Assembly: GCA_036172245.1 (NCBI GenBank)
Contig: JAYWIR010000011.1
Location: 1,178,001 to 1,242,000, forward strand
Source of the DNA: Raillietiella orientalis
Lineage: Eukaryota
DNA: 64,000 nt
Reading direction: 5' to 3'
Part shown: positions 23,683 to 36,530 of the stretch, in pieces
Layout of the letters: every line of letters starts with the position of its first letter
Numbering within the stretch: the stretch's first letter is position 1
Notes under the pieces: generated by a model
The model's input: only the letters and a program-made list of their open reading frames with translations
What the model was told of the DNA's origin: nothing
Databases searched by the model: none
Position numbers and translations under genes: made by a program

Positions 23683-25090
23683 GGAAAAAAAGAAAAAAAA
23701 ATATACATTCAAGACGTTCGCCGCAAAACAACCAGCAGCTGTAATTATTATCCTACAGAATGCCTGGGACGCTACAACTTATCGGTAGATATGCATTTTA
23801 TTCGCAACATACGTCTGCCATGTTCAGCAAGCTCATGAAATGGAAAATTCTCAAATCATATGAACTGTTTTGAATTTTCGCCTTCAGTGTGTTTCGAGTA
23901 TCAGGTTTGTGTCCACAGACGGTCAGCATGCCATCGTGTATAATGCCACACGATACTCATTCAAGCTTACGAAAGTTTTGCAGAACGAAAATAGCACGAA
24001 CACTTAGCAAATATCGGAAAGCTCTTTGCTAAGGGTCTTAGTGCATCGGCCACAAATGCAGAAGGCACATAATGCCGAGCTCCATTCGACGAGCTTTCCG
24101 AAGCGAGGTATCCCAGAACCACGGATGGCAAAGTGATCTCACGACACGCGGAACACGGTTGTCTCAATCAATGAACAAATGAAGTTACAATACCAGGTAA
24201 AACACGAGCATGGAAGCAAACAACCCATGTCCCGTGCAAATAACGTGCGTGCTGCAGACAATTTGTGTGCACACGCGAGTTCCCGAGAACTCGTGCTTTT
24301 CTCTCCTAAACTTTTTCGGGGGTGTCGAAGCCTCCGCCGCGACTCGCTCCTCGTCGGGTGCGACAACACGTTGTTGCTAGGCGATCGGGTGACTCCCTGC
24401 GGACCCCCGCGCGGGGACCGTGTGGCCGCCGATCTAAAATTAGATGGGCGAGTAGGTGCCAGCTCCTGCAGCCGCACAAGTCCGGGGCTTTTCTCCTTCT
24501 TTTTTTTTTTTTATCATTCATCTCATTTTATTTTTTGTCATCGTCGTCTGAGTTCATCTTTCTCTCCCAGAGTCAACAGGACGGGGGTGAAGCGACGTGC
24601 TTCCTCGCTTGGCAGCACTGCTACCCCCATAGTTTGCTGTGGTGGTGGTGGTGGCTTGCCGTCTTACCCATTCCTGCAAGACCCTTCACAATCCATCATG
24701 ATCCACTCGGGATCCACTCCAGTGGCGGAATGCATAAAGAGGCGCGAGTGGCCACTCTGGTCCGAATCCTCGAAACACACGAAACCAAGTGGGACGTCGA
24801 CGTTTCGGTTTCGGTTGACCACGATGGCTGCTGGCCTGCATGAACAAATACGCTGTCAGCCGGAGCAGGGCAAAAACTGGTTTGAAGGTTCGAAAGTGGA
24901 AAAAGAAACGCACCCAACACAAACAAGAGAAGAAGAGAGGAAAAAATAACGTGCAGTGGCATTGCAGCCGCTTTGAAAAGAAAGACCCAGGCATGTACCG
25001 AATTTATGTAAGCCACACTGGAAAAGAGCACGCATTGCCTTGCAAACAAGAAGCAGACTGATGATGATGATTTCAAACGAGTCATTGATT

Positions 25091-25131
25091 TCTCTCTCTC
25101 TCTCTCGAGAGAGAGAGAGAGAGAGAGAGAG
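25091..25131. repeat. (TC)n immediately followed by (GA)n, a self-complementary dinucleotide repeat
   Basis: TCTCTCTCTCTCTCTC-GAGAGAGA... read directly. Confidence 0.9.
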
Positions 25132-28100
25132 ATGAAAGATAAAGAGATGAGCTTATGCAACCCAAGAAAATGAAACCTTTTTTTGAGTCTGTCATCCTAT
25201 AATGGGCAAGGGAAGTGCGGCAGCATTCAAGCTCAACCTGGAGTAACCCTGTAGGGGTTATTGCAAACTTGGTCCAATCCAGCTTGTGGATGCTTGTGCA
25301 GACTTGGCTGCTCCTTCCTCTTCTCTCGCAGGCAAAAGCGCTTTGCCGGATTCACAGCACGGGAAATTCGTTCTGTTAGGTACACGGGGATGCCTCGGAC
25401 ACGTTCCTTCCGATCATCGAGGGATTTTAACATATCTGTGAGAGGAACGAGATGAAGGTTCGACCGCCCCCCATGAAAAGTAGCGTCCGCCGAAAATAAT
25501 TCAGCTCCTGTCTCCGGAAGTTTCGGGAAAGTTGATGTGTGCTGGAAAAAAATTCTCCGTCGTGTTTCATTTCGCCTGGACCGACTTTGGTCCTGCCTCC
25601 TTTATTCGCATTTAGAGGAGCATCCGTCGAAACGGCGCACCGGAGAGCAGCAGAGATTATGTGCAGCCATTCTTTCCAACGAAACATCTAACAGCTCCAT
25701 TCCAAGGTTGGACCCTGATCCGATCTGGATCGTTTGCTTTTCGACTTGCAGCGGTCCACGGGCGCGGCGAACGTGGGTGATGCTTAATAAAATGGAGAGA
25801 TCAGTTGGTTTCCATCTGCAGAATATGTAGCGAAATGATGAAGCTGCCTCAGAGGACTAACAGGAAACCTCTTCCCACGACGTGTCGAGCTGCATCCTTC
25901 ATCTTGGCGAAGTCTCCGACACTAGGTCGCCAGGACAGCTGCGTTTGCTTCGATTGCGTTCTGGGGTTCTGCCAAACGGGTCATCGTTTTTACGTTGTGG
26001 TGGTAAAGGAAAGGTGGAATCGGTGAGAGAGGTGCGTAGAGGTGCCGTCGTCTCTCGATTCCTGAGGCCTTTGTTGGCATACGAATTCAAACTAGAAAAA
26101 AATTCCGCTCTTACACGCAGGCTGTGGACTGAAAGATGTATGCACAAACGCTCAAGCAGATGTTCCGCGCCCATTGGTGTCTTCGCCGCCGCTTGAAGGT
26201 TCTTTATGAAACATCACGAGACTTGGTCGGAGCTTGTGCTGCGCGGATACCCTGCAGCGTTCGCAGATCGTTGGTGCTTGCCATTTATAACTGTAGCTCC
26301 GTCTGCCGAGTGATGCCAGAGAGAGGTCTGTCCCGAAGCCTTCGAGACTTCAAGCTGACGGCAGAACCCTGGTGCTAACTCGCCCATCCTCGCCTAGGGA
26401 TACACGAGTCATTGCGGTCTTGATGAGCCGAAATTCGAGGTTGAGAAGAAGAGAATCCATCCTCTGTTGCAGGGTACGGAGGGGCTTGCTCGCACTGCAT
26501 AGGACAGTGGAACCTGATCGGGTGGAGCACTTCTAGTGTCCTGCTGGGTCCCTGGTAACATGGTCGGGAGTGGCTCCACGTTCCCGAACACTCGTTTGCC
26601 GACGGCTCTTTACACAACAAAGTTCCGTTTTCTTCTTCGGTCGTCCCTGCCATTTACTCTGGAGGCGGCAGTGCGACTCTTGGAGCTCGAAAAGCAGTTG
26701 GAAAGTGGTGAAGAGTCTCGCGAAGAGTAGTGGCGAAGCCAATCCTTTTCTGGTCCGATTTCCATTCTTTGTCATGACGCGACCAGCTGGTTGCCATCAA
26801 AACTACATCGCAGCCACACTTTGCCTTCCGGACACAACTTGTGGTGGTGTTGACTGAGGAGGAGCAAGGAAACATCCCTTACGCGTTCCTGGACGGGGGA
26901 TGGCAGTTAGTTACCTGCGGCCACAAATAAAAAGGTAGAGGCGCCGGATACGACCAAGAGTGGGAAAGATCGGTTGACAGTGCACGACTGGGCAAGAAAA
27001 GAGAGGGCTATTCCTGTCGGTGTACGTTATGCTGTACACTCGTTTCCCTGGTTGCTTCACGAGCTGTCGGGGGTCCAGTGTTTCGTGATCCTGCCGACAA
27101 GGCCCTCGTTCCATTTGCTATCGTCCGAGGAATCCCCGTAGCGAATTTCCTTCTCTGCTACACCTTTCTGGCCTGTTGTTCAAGCATCTGCTCACCCCTC
27201 TCCCCTCCTCCCCTCGTATTCTCGAAGTACCTGAGGAAAGCGCATGCGTGAAGCGCGCTGGAACGCAGGGAACGAGCGTTCCCTCGGATAGTCGGACTGC
27301 CGGGCGATGGATGCTGCAAGGAAACTTTGAACAAGCAATGAACCGCTTGTTCTGGTCTTTCTTCGGCCTCCCAGGTTATGCTGGAATAAATGCACTTTGC
27401 GGTTGGCAGAGGCAACCGTCTCCTTGTTTCCGGAGAAGCTCGTGGGTGCATACTGCTCGGTGGGGCTGCCGTTCTTTCAGAGCGAGAAGACGTGCTAAAA
27501 GTTTCAGAGTGCGGATGCGAGGTCCCGCAGCTGTGTCTGGCGGTAGCACGGACCTCCTTCCCTCGCTGCTGCTCCCGCTCTTCTCAGCGGAGAGGGTGGA
27601 CAGCAACCGAAGCGGACAGACCCTTCGCTAGCTTGGGGGAGCCGGCAACAGACGACTGCCGGAGGCGGAGTTCTCGACCGCCGCCGCTGTTTCCAAAGGG
27701 GTTCTTCTTCCGGGTGCCATCAGGCGCGAGAGTCACTTCTCCACCTCCTCCTCCTATTCATCCCTCCGGACCACCCTGGGTTCTTTTTTTTCCCCTTCCC
27801 TTCTTTCTTGTCTTCCTTCTCCTCAAACCCAGTGCCTCGGAATTTCGGCCAGGCAACAAAGAGGAGAGAGACGAGGGAGAAAGGGCAAAAACTGGCGTCT
27901 TCGGATCGCCTTTTGGGGCTACTGTGGCAGCCGACACCCGGCAAGATGGCAAAAGCGTGTGTGGTCCAAAAAGGTGCTGGCACGTCAGCATTGCGAGGGG
28001 GGTACGGGGCGAGGCGGAACAAGGTGCACCGTGCATCGCTCGCACACACTTGCCGCGCCCGCGTGTCCAAACCGGACTTCGCCTTTCGTGTCGCAGGTTG

Positions 28101-28311
28101 CCGTCGCAGAGCTTCTTCCTTGGTTCTTCCCCCCCTCCTCCTCTTCACTGTCGTCGCTCCTCTCTTTACGCTGCTTCCGTGCGAAAGCCTCGAGAGATGC
28201 TGCTACGTCCGGGAGCAACTTGTTCCGGAGATCCGCCGCTGCCGCTCGTGGACGGCCGAGCAGCACCTGTTGTCCACCAACATCTGCGGGGGCATTCTTC
28301 TCTCCCTCCCC

Positions 28312-28342
<31 letters not shown>

Positions 28343-31300
28343 GGCTTACTTTCCGCGCGAGCCCGTCCGTCCTCCCGTGCGTGCCAGCGGTGTTCGAGGG
28401 AGGTGCGGAGGGAGCGAAACTCCGCCGCCGCCGCCGCGGCGCGCGCGAGCATGCGCGAGGCAGCGGACGCGACGCCCGTGCTGGAGGCAGGAAACGCGAG
28501 ATGTCAGGGTGAGCGGCGGCCCCGCGAGGAATTCGCGCGCGCGCGCGCGGGTGTTCCTTCCGGTCGAAAGCGTCTCTCCCTCGTCCTCCTGGTCTCCTTG
28601 TTTTGTTTTGGTTTTCGTTCTCCCCCCCCCCCTCTTCCTCCTCCTCCTCCTCCCCTCCCCTCTTCGTTGTTTTTCTACGCGGGCCCGACTGTTTGTTGTT
28701 TCTTTTCTTCTTTCCTTTTTTTCGTGCTGGGTGGAGGCGGTTCACCTGGCCACCAGGTTGGCGAGGGCTTGCAGGCGTCCTCGCTGCTGTTTCGGACGCT
28801 GGAGACAAGAAGGAGTGACATGACGGCTGTTGGGCCGCAATTGGGGGGCGGCGCGAGCGGCTTCGACGCTCCCGTGGACCGGAGAGGGGGAGGGGTGTGC
28901 GACGAGGCGCTGCGCTGAGGAGGGGAAGGGCCGGACCTGGATTTTCCCGAGTGGCTCCCTCACCCTTTCCTTTCCCAAGAGCGGCGTCCCTTTATCCTTG
29001 TCTGGAAGAGGAAACCGTCGCAGGCGGGACGTGGAGGAGGGAGCAGCGAGGCTCGCGACTTACTCATTCCCTTTTCTCTGCTCCGAGGGAAACGCGGGGG
29101 TAAGGGTGGCGGCCGACGACAGCGGCGCGCCATCAGAGGAAGGCCGGCGAGCGGACAGGTGGTCTCCTCGTCGCCAGCGCCGGGATGGACGCGAGGATGG
29201 ACTGTGGGGGGCATGGAGGGGTGCGTCCATCCCTTGGCGCCTCAAAGGTGCCGCTGCTAGCAGGAGGAGGAGGAAGAAGAAAAGACTGCCCGCCACAGCC
29301 TCCACCACCCCCTTTCTTCCACGTCGCGGGCCGGCGAGGGATGGGGTAGGTCGCGTGCACGTCCCGCATTCCGGTGATCGCGCGGAAAAGGGCGCTCCCG
29401 TCCCCTTCTCTCCCATTCGTCTCTCCCCTCCCGGAAGGAAAAGACCAGGCGGCGGCGGCGCCATCGTCCATCCCTGTGGGTGCGTTCGCCCGTCGAGAGA
29501 TGGCGGCGGGCCGGAATGCGGCGGCGCGGAGTCGCCGCGACCAAAATTCGCGCGCTGCTAAAAAAAAAAAAGAAAAAAAAAAAAAAAAGAAAAAAAAAAA
29601 AAAAGAAGAAGAAAAGAAAAAAAGAGGAAAAAAAAATAAGTGTCACGGAGAGGGTTAACGGATTCCGCCACCACGGCGGGGGCGGCGGCGGAGGCGGCAG
29701 CAGCAGCAGCAGCAGCAACGGAAAGACGGTCGGCCTGTCCGTCTGGGAGGCAGTAGCGCCTCCTCCTTTCCGTTACTTCCTTCTCCCCTCCCTCCCTCTG
29801 CCCCTACCCCCGCTCCAGCAGCAGCAGCATTGGGCCGCAACTGGCGCAAGGAGACGACAATGGCACCTTAACCAGCACCGTTTTGGCGCGCGCCTGGCGT
29901 CTCCGGGGTTTCGTCCGAGGTCTTTTCTGCTGCCGTCGCTGACCACGCACAGGACGCTCCGCTCGCCTTCCGACCTTCGCGGCACCAGAGGGTTCGCAGG
30001 GGCGTGCGGAAGCCCCCCGTCCTCCTCGCGGGCAGGTGGGGGTCGAGGGTGACCGCCACTGCAGCCTGCTAGCAGACGGCCCGGTGGGTGGGAAGGGGCG
30101 GGCGAACCCTGCCCCATCAGCTCCCTCCCTTTTCCCGGCGCGCGGTGGGACAGGGGAAGAAGCCCCACCCTTGCGTCACCTTCATTTCGCGCACTACCGC
30201 TACTGGGTGCCTCCGCAGGTGGATCTCTCCGGTGTCACCCAGTAGGGGAGTCCAGAGCCGCAAGGAAAAGGGTGGAAGTGGGGGGGAAAGTGTAGACCGC
30301 ATGCCACTTCCTTCCCCCATCCCACCTTACGAGAGTGGGCGGGATGCAAGAAAAAGGAAAAGGGTCGACTGCTGCCCAGCCCTCTCCAGCGAGGGAAGTG
30401 GGGTTCAAGAGAGGGACTCGGAGGGAGTTGAGACGGGACAGACGGCAGACGGCCCTACCGTAGCCCCCCCCCCCACCCCCACCCCACCCCTCCTCCTCCC
30501 CTCCACTTTTCGAGCACTCGCACGTTCTGGAAACCTCGGGAGCGCGGGAGCCGCCGCGGGCGCTAAGTCTCCGGGTAGGAGGGTGCGCACGAGGGCGTTC
30601 CCTCCTCCTCCTCCTCCCGGGCCGGAAGGATGAGTGGGAGGGAGGAGGGGAGAGGGGCGCTCTTCCCTTCTCCGTGGCGGGCGACCCGCTGAACGCTGCC
30701 GGATCCAACGAGGTGCAGGCGGACGCGCGCGTCCCCGTTTTCCTCCTCGCACGCGCGCACGCGCGGACCTGCCCACCCGCCCGCCCCTCCTTCTTCCGGC
30801 TCATCGCCGCTGCTGCCCTCCCACGCAGCCGCTCCTCCTCCTCCTCCTCCCCCTCCTCCTCCTCCTCCTCCTCCCCCCCTCCCCCTCTTTCCCCGGCTGC
30901 CACTGCCCCTTCCGTGGGGCACGAAGGGAGGATGCGGATGAAAAGGGGGTGGAACGCGAGGGGAGGGGAGAGGGAGGAGAGGCGGTGGGAAGGTGGGACC
31001 CTCCGTCCGTCCGGAGCGGCCGGCAGGCGCCGGCGGTGGAAAGTGCAACGGCGGGTCCGGTAGGCTGGAAGAGTTCTCTCCCCCTTAGGGTCCCCCTGAC
31101 GCCCTTCGCCGAGAGAGGGGCGCCTGGGTTCCGTCACGCCCCCGTGGCCGCCCCCCTGCCGGTCCCTCAAGCCACCTCCGCGACTGGCCGGGAGGCAGGA
31201 GGGCAGCGGTGGCAGCGCCTTCTCTTCCCTCCCCCTGTCCCCTCCTCCCCCTGTCCCCCTGGCGGACCGTCCACATCCGCGGGTTCTCCGAGCATCCTCC

Positions 31301-31417
31301 TTCCTCGTAACGGATTGGGCGGCCCAAGTTCACTCGCCATCTAAAAATAACCCCGGCGGAGCGTCCGGCCAAGAGTAGCGCAGGAGCGCGCGAGAGGGGA
31401 GGAGGAGGGGGGGGGGA

Positions 31418-31525
31418 GGAAGAAGAAGAAGAAGAAGAAGAAGAAGAAGAGGAAGAGGAAGAGGAAGAGGAAGAGGAAGAGGAAGAGGAAGAGTAGGAAG
31501 AGTAGGAGGAGTAGGAGGAGGAGGG
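31418..31525. repeat. Polypurine compound microsatellite (GAA)n(GAAGAG)n(GGA)n
   Basis: Read directly. Other simple repeats occur at 29560-29640, 32949-32990 and 33279-33316. Confidence 0.9.
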
Positions 31526-31810
31526 GAGATGAAGGGAGGTGCGGCGGCGGCAGTGGCAGCGGTAGGGAATGGAAGTGGGAAGGGAGGGAGGAGCTTCTCG
31601 CCGGAGGCGGACGGGAGGACTCGCCGGAAGGGAGGGAGGGATGAGGAGGAGGAAGGGACGGCGACGACGGTGGCGCCGGCGGCAGCAGCGGTGGCACTTG
31701 CCAGGAGGAGGGGGGGGGGAGGGGGGAGGAGGAGGAGAGAGGCGCGCAGCAGCAGCCCGCCGCCGCGTAACGGTATCTAGGTTACCTAGCCTGCGAGGAA
31801 GGAGGCTGCA

Positions 31811-31816
31811 TATAAA
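31811..31816 (+). promoter_or_regulatory. Candidate TATA box of the DM4/DM12-like gene
   Basis: Isolated TATAAA in very GC-rich context, 340 bp upstream of ATG 32151. Confidence 0.5.
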
Positions 31817-32150
31817 GGTCCCTGCCGGTCGCCAGGGCGACAGATTCGGTTCTTCCCGCGAGACGCCGCGGCGAGCGAAGTCTTTTTGAGCGCGAGCTGC
31901 TGCTGTGGTGTTGGTGGTCGACGTCTCCCCCGTGTACCCGCACCGCGCACTACCGGTCGCCCCCAGCCTCCCGCTCCTCCCCCCACGCACGCGCTTGCCG
32001 ACGCAGGAAGAGCGGCCAGCGGCGGCAGCCACAGGACCGGCGGAAACCGGAAACGGGCGTCCCTCGCCGACAGGAAGAGGAAGAAAAAGAGGAGCAGGAG
32101 GAGGAAGAATTCCCGAAGGTCGTCATCCCTCTCATCACTAGCCAGCCAGG

Positions 32151-33268
32151 ATGGTGCTGGGCTTCGGCGGCGGCGGCTGCAGCCGGAGGCTCCTGGTGGC
32201 GGCGGCCACCCTCGCCTGCCTGCTGACCGCGACGGACGAGATCAGCATGAGCTACGACGAGCCCGAGACGAGCGGCGCTGGTGGCGCGGACGCGACCCTC
32301 GCGATGGCGCGCCGCTTCCAGAGCGAGGGCGGCACAGGGAGGGGCCTGCTGACAGGCCTCTTCGCCGGCATGCTCGGCGGCAACAGCACCGGAGGAACCA
32401 ACCTGCTCAAGCCCAGCCAGTTCCTCAACCTGGGCATCAACAACACGGCGGGGCTGCTGCAGCTCCTGGGCGCCAAGCTCCTGCTGTCGGCCTTCGCCCT
32501 GTCCGTCGCTGCGGCCATCGCGGGGCTGGCCGTGGGAGTAGCCACTGCCCCAGCCCTCAAGAGGACTTCCGACTACGGCGACCTTCCAGAGGAGAAGCAC
32601 GACTACTGGGAGCACAGCAGGTCAGAGAGGGACGGGAAGGACGGGGCGCGCGGGAGGGAGGAAAGGAGGCGTAGCGGATGGGGCGGCGGCGGCGGCGGCG
32701 GCGGTCCGCCTGCAGGGGGGTAGCAGCTGAGACCATTCTGACCACGATGCTCTTCTGCTCCCCGAACAGATCGATGCCCAGCGCCAGGCAGCTGGGCATC
32801 CTGGAGTGGATCGAGGTCCTGGAGGAAGTCTACAGGAAAACGGACAGGAAGAACCCGGAGTGCTTCGAGAGGCTGCTGTGTGAGATGCACCAGTCGTCCA
32901 AGCTCCAGGGACTCGCCCGAGGCATCGATGGAATCGCAAAGTGGGTCCTCCTTCCTTCCTTCCTTCCTTCCTTCCTTCCTTCCTTCCTTCTGGCCGCGGT
33001 GAGCGCGTGACATCTTCTGCTGACCGCCGCTAACCCAGTTTCCCCCTCCTCCCCTCCCCCGCCCCCTGAGCCTGCGGCTCGCGTACGTGCGTGCGAGCGA
33101 GCGCCGCAGGGGACGAGCGGCAGGGGAGAGGCCGCACTTGGCCGCTCGCCCTCGTCTGCTTCGCATTCTGCGCGCGCGTCTCCTTCGACCTCCTGGTCCC
33201 CTGCGCGCTCCCGCAGCCCTCGTCTTCCTTTCTGTTCCTCCCCCTCTGCCCTGGGTCCTCCCTCTGCC

Positions 33269-33320
<52 letters not shown>

Positions 33321-33590
33321 CTCGCCTTCTAACATACCCCCCCCCCTCCCTCTTCCAGCTACATCATGATGGCCAAGACCATGGTTCTCCAAGGCGACCT
33401 GCCCCTGGAGGCGAGCCTGGACGGACTCTTCGAAGCCATGGTGCGGGGCCAGCAGAGAGGGACGGACTGCAGCCGCCACTACGGCTCCTGCCAGCTGTCC
33501 ATCAGGGAGATCGGGGTCAAGTACTTCCGCGACGTACCTCTGGAGGGCAACAGCATCGACGAGGAAGAGATTCTCCCGGATCACGTATAG
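32151..33590 (+). CDS. Secreted/membrane protein with a DM4/DM12-like C-terminal cysteine domain (~290 aa)
   Basis: Exons 32151-32620, 32770-32940, 33359-33590 (GT-AG, phase 2/2, 873 nt). N-terminal hydrophobic signal, a second hydrophobic stretch, then ECFERLLCE...EAMVRGQQRGTDCSRHYGSC matching the arthropod DM4/DM12 C-x-x-R-x-x-C-E...C...Y..C pattern. Strongly GC3-biased codons. Confidence 0.8.
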
Positions 33591-33748
33591 CCGAAAGGAA
33601 CCGGAAGGAGAGAGTTCCCTCCTCCGGACCGCCTCCGTCCCGCCCGCCCCTCCCTTCCCCCCATCGAGCCGCGGACCCACCTCCCGACCCTTCGAGGGCG
33701 GAGAGAACCAAAAAAAAGAAAGCAAAAAAAAGACCTAAACAAACAGTC

Positions 33749-33779
<31 letters not shown>

Positions 33780-34330
33780 AGCGCGACCGAGAAGAGGAAG
33801 AGGAAGAAGAACGCTGCTGCGTCCCCAGCCAGACGGCGGCGGTGGCGGCGGCGATTTCCTTGCATCCGCCCGCCCGCCGCCTCCGCGTTCGGGTTGGAGG
33901 CAGGAGAGGAGGGGTACATGCACGGGCTCCTTGGGAGCCCCGCCAGGACGGCTCCACCGTAGGGAGGGAGGCGCACTCGGCGCCTCCGCTTCCCTTCTTC
34001 CCTCTCCTCCCCTCTTCCGCCCCGAGTCCTGACTGCACGCCCCACCCCCTCTCCCCCATCCACGGACGTTCCCTTCCTGCCGTTTGCCGGCCTGTCTTCC
34101 CTCCCGCCCGCTCGGTTTTTTTTTTTTTTTATTTTTTATTTTTTCGCTCTCCTCCCTTCCTTTCAAAAAAAAAAAGATGGCGCCCCTGCTTGTTCAAATA
34201 CACGCACGGCGTCTGCGGACGGCGTTGGTCACTGGGGTCAGCGGGCCGCGCGCGCGCGCGCGCCTCACGGATGGATGGATGGATGCCCCTGCAAGCAGAA
34301 CGCACCTCGGAGGGGTCAGCTGCAACGAAG

Positions 34331-35656
34331 ATGGCCACTCGGGGGTTGGGATGGGCTGCTTCTCTTCTGCTGCTGACGATGACAACGACGGTCCGACGAG
34401 CATGCGCAGAGGAAGCGCCTTGCAATGATTCCCTGGGGAGAAATGGGGGGTAGAAGAGGAGGAGGAACTCTGCCTCGTGATGTGGCCCCCCTCGCACCCG
34501 GACCTCTTCGGTGGAGTTCACCTCCTCCCCCACCGAAGGTCAAGAGCGGGGAAGGAGGATCTCCGAGGCATCAGCACCATTTCTCGCCGCGGTCTTGTCC
34601 GTCACAGGCCGAGGCGTCGCCTACGGCACATCGCGCGGAAGGAAGGAGAGAAAGGCGGACAGCGAGACGGTGGGTCGAGGCGCGCCCGCTCGCGTCCGCC
34701 TGTGACGTCACGCCCTTTGGCTCGCACGTCCGAACGGTTCCCTGCACCCCGCCTGCAGGCGCTGCGTTGCGTTGAGTGCGAGCGACCTTCGACGCCGGCG
34801 ACCACGACGACGACGAGTTCACGGAGCGAGTCGCCGGCGCGCCAGCTCCCTCCGTCCCTCCTTCGCGATCCCTTCTGCGCCCGCGATCGAACGGCCGAGA
34901 TGCGGGCGCGCGGGGAACGAAAACTGAGAATGCTGGAGGAGAGCGCGTTGCCCCTCCTCGACGCCCACCGGACTTCCTTGTTCTCTTCCTGTTCCGTCTT
35001 CTTTTCCCTGCTCCATTCCTCCACGGACCACCCCTGCTACGTTCCTGCGCCGGCATTCACCGCATTCACCGCCGGCATTCAGCCGAGGTGGCGCTTGAAG
35101 GGAAAGGGGGCAAGAGGGGGGGGAATTGCTGCCTTCGCCCGATAGGCACGCGCCCTATTGGGAATGTGACCTCTTTCCTGAGGAGCATCAGCTTCTCGAC
35201 GCGCTGCTACCTTCCTGTGGGAGCGACTGGTGGAGAGTACACGCGAGTGAGCCCAGAAGTACGCCAGAAGCACAACCCAGGACAGCGTGGGTGGCGCTTC
35301 GGGAGCGGAAGGTCGTCCTTGTCGTCGTCACACGAAGCGGGTGGAACGCGGCGAGGACAACGAGCTCCTGACTCGGGAAGAAGAAGAACCCAGTGAACGG
35401 AATCATCGTAATCTTTCTCCGGGCTGATCCTCCACGATCCCGGAGGATGCCCGGGAAGACGACGAAATCATGGCGGAGGGCCCATCCATTCACGAACACT
35501 CCAGCAAACGCTCAGGAACACCCGCTGCGCTTCCCGCTTTCCTACACCGAGCGCTTCATCACCGCGCGTGCAGAGCGGATACGAAGTGCGTGCCACCTGG
35601 TGGAAGTGTACGGGTTCATCGGCGTGCGGCGCGAGCGGCATGGCAACGGATGTTAG
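34331..35656 (+). CDS. Possible small secreted protein with a diverged discoidin (F5/8 type C)-like fold, or a pseudogene
   Basis: Signal-like MATRGLGWAASLLLLTM..., then CNDSLG. Later phase-compatible blocks HPCYVP...QP | RHAPYWECDL...AW | EHPLRFPLSYTERFI...CHLVEVYGF. One acceptor lacks AG. Confidence 0.35.
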
Positions 35657-36321
35657 GGTCGACACGATGGCTGGCCTAGTCCAGCTTTGTTTGCGATTCC
35701 CGGGCTTAATTACTTTGGCCTTGAACGGATGAGACGAAAAAAAGAAGGAAAGGAAAGAAGACACGCACACAACCGTACACACATACACGGCTTCGTGCAT
35801 TGCATTCCGATCCGAAATGCGTACCGCATGTGCATTGTCCGTGGTGCAAAACACGCGCGCGTACACGTGCAGTGCACTTTCCACCTACCACCACTCCGGC
35901 ACGGAAGGTGCCGACTGCTGCTGCTGCTGCTGCTGCAGCTGCGTGTTTTCCCAGCAGCAGCAGCAGCAGCAGTTTTCCCACCGCAGAAACTTCCGCCTCG
36001 GTGAGTCAAAGGAGGTTCTCGCCGGACGCACCGCAGCAGCTCCGGTATTCAGAGCGGTTGCTGAGCGACCGGAGCGGGAGCGAACGCAACTCTGCGTTCT
36101 AGATTCGAATCTCGAGAATTCAAACTTCACTTCGATTTCTTTCTTTCTTTCTTTTCTTTTTTTTTTTTTTTGAAAGTTTCGATCAGGCGTTGAATTCAGG
36201 ACGTTTTCTGCGGCCGGAAATAATTTTAACATCTGCGCTGCTCCACATACGACCCAAGCAGGCGGGCCAGCCGGATTGCGGCGAGAACACGTAGCAGGCC
36301 TGCCGCGCGCGCGCGCGCGCG

Positions 36322-36530
36322 CGCGCAGCGGATACGACGGGGGGGACGCGGGCCGCCGGCTGACGCAACAATGGCACTCCGAGGCGGCAACGGGGGGAGG
36401 CGCCGCTGCAGGGAGGCGGGACGCGCAGCGGATACGACGGGGGGAGGGGGGGGGGGACGCGGGCCGCCGGCTGACGCAACAATGGCACTCCGAGGCGGCA
36501 ACGGGGGGAGGCGCCGCTGCAGGGAGGCGG
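36322..36530. repeat. Two-copy ~100-bp GC-rich tandem duplication
   Basis: GCGCAGCGGATACGACGGGGG...GCAGGGAGGCGG occurs at ~36322 and ~36424, differing mainly in the G-run. Confidence 0.9.

Noticed and set aside
25233..27120. Minus-strand gene or transposon suggested by splice-like sites
   Set aside because: Every frame I followed hits repeated stops, and no family motif is recognisable.
27390..32100. Many long overlapping ORFs (up to 477 aa) on both strands
   Set aside because: Low-complexity GC-rich and microsatellite DNA poor in stop codons; no recognisable domains.
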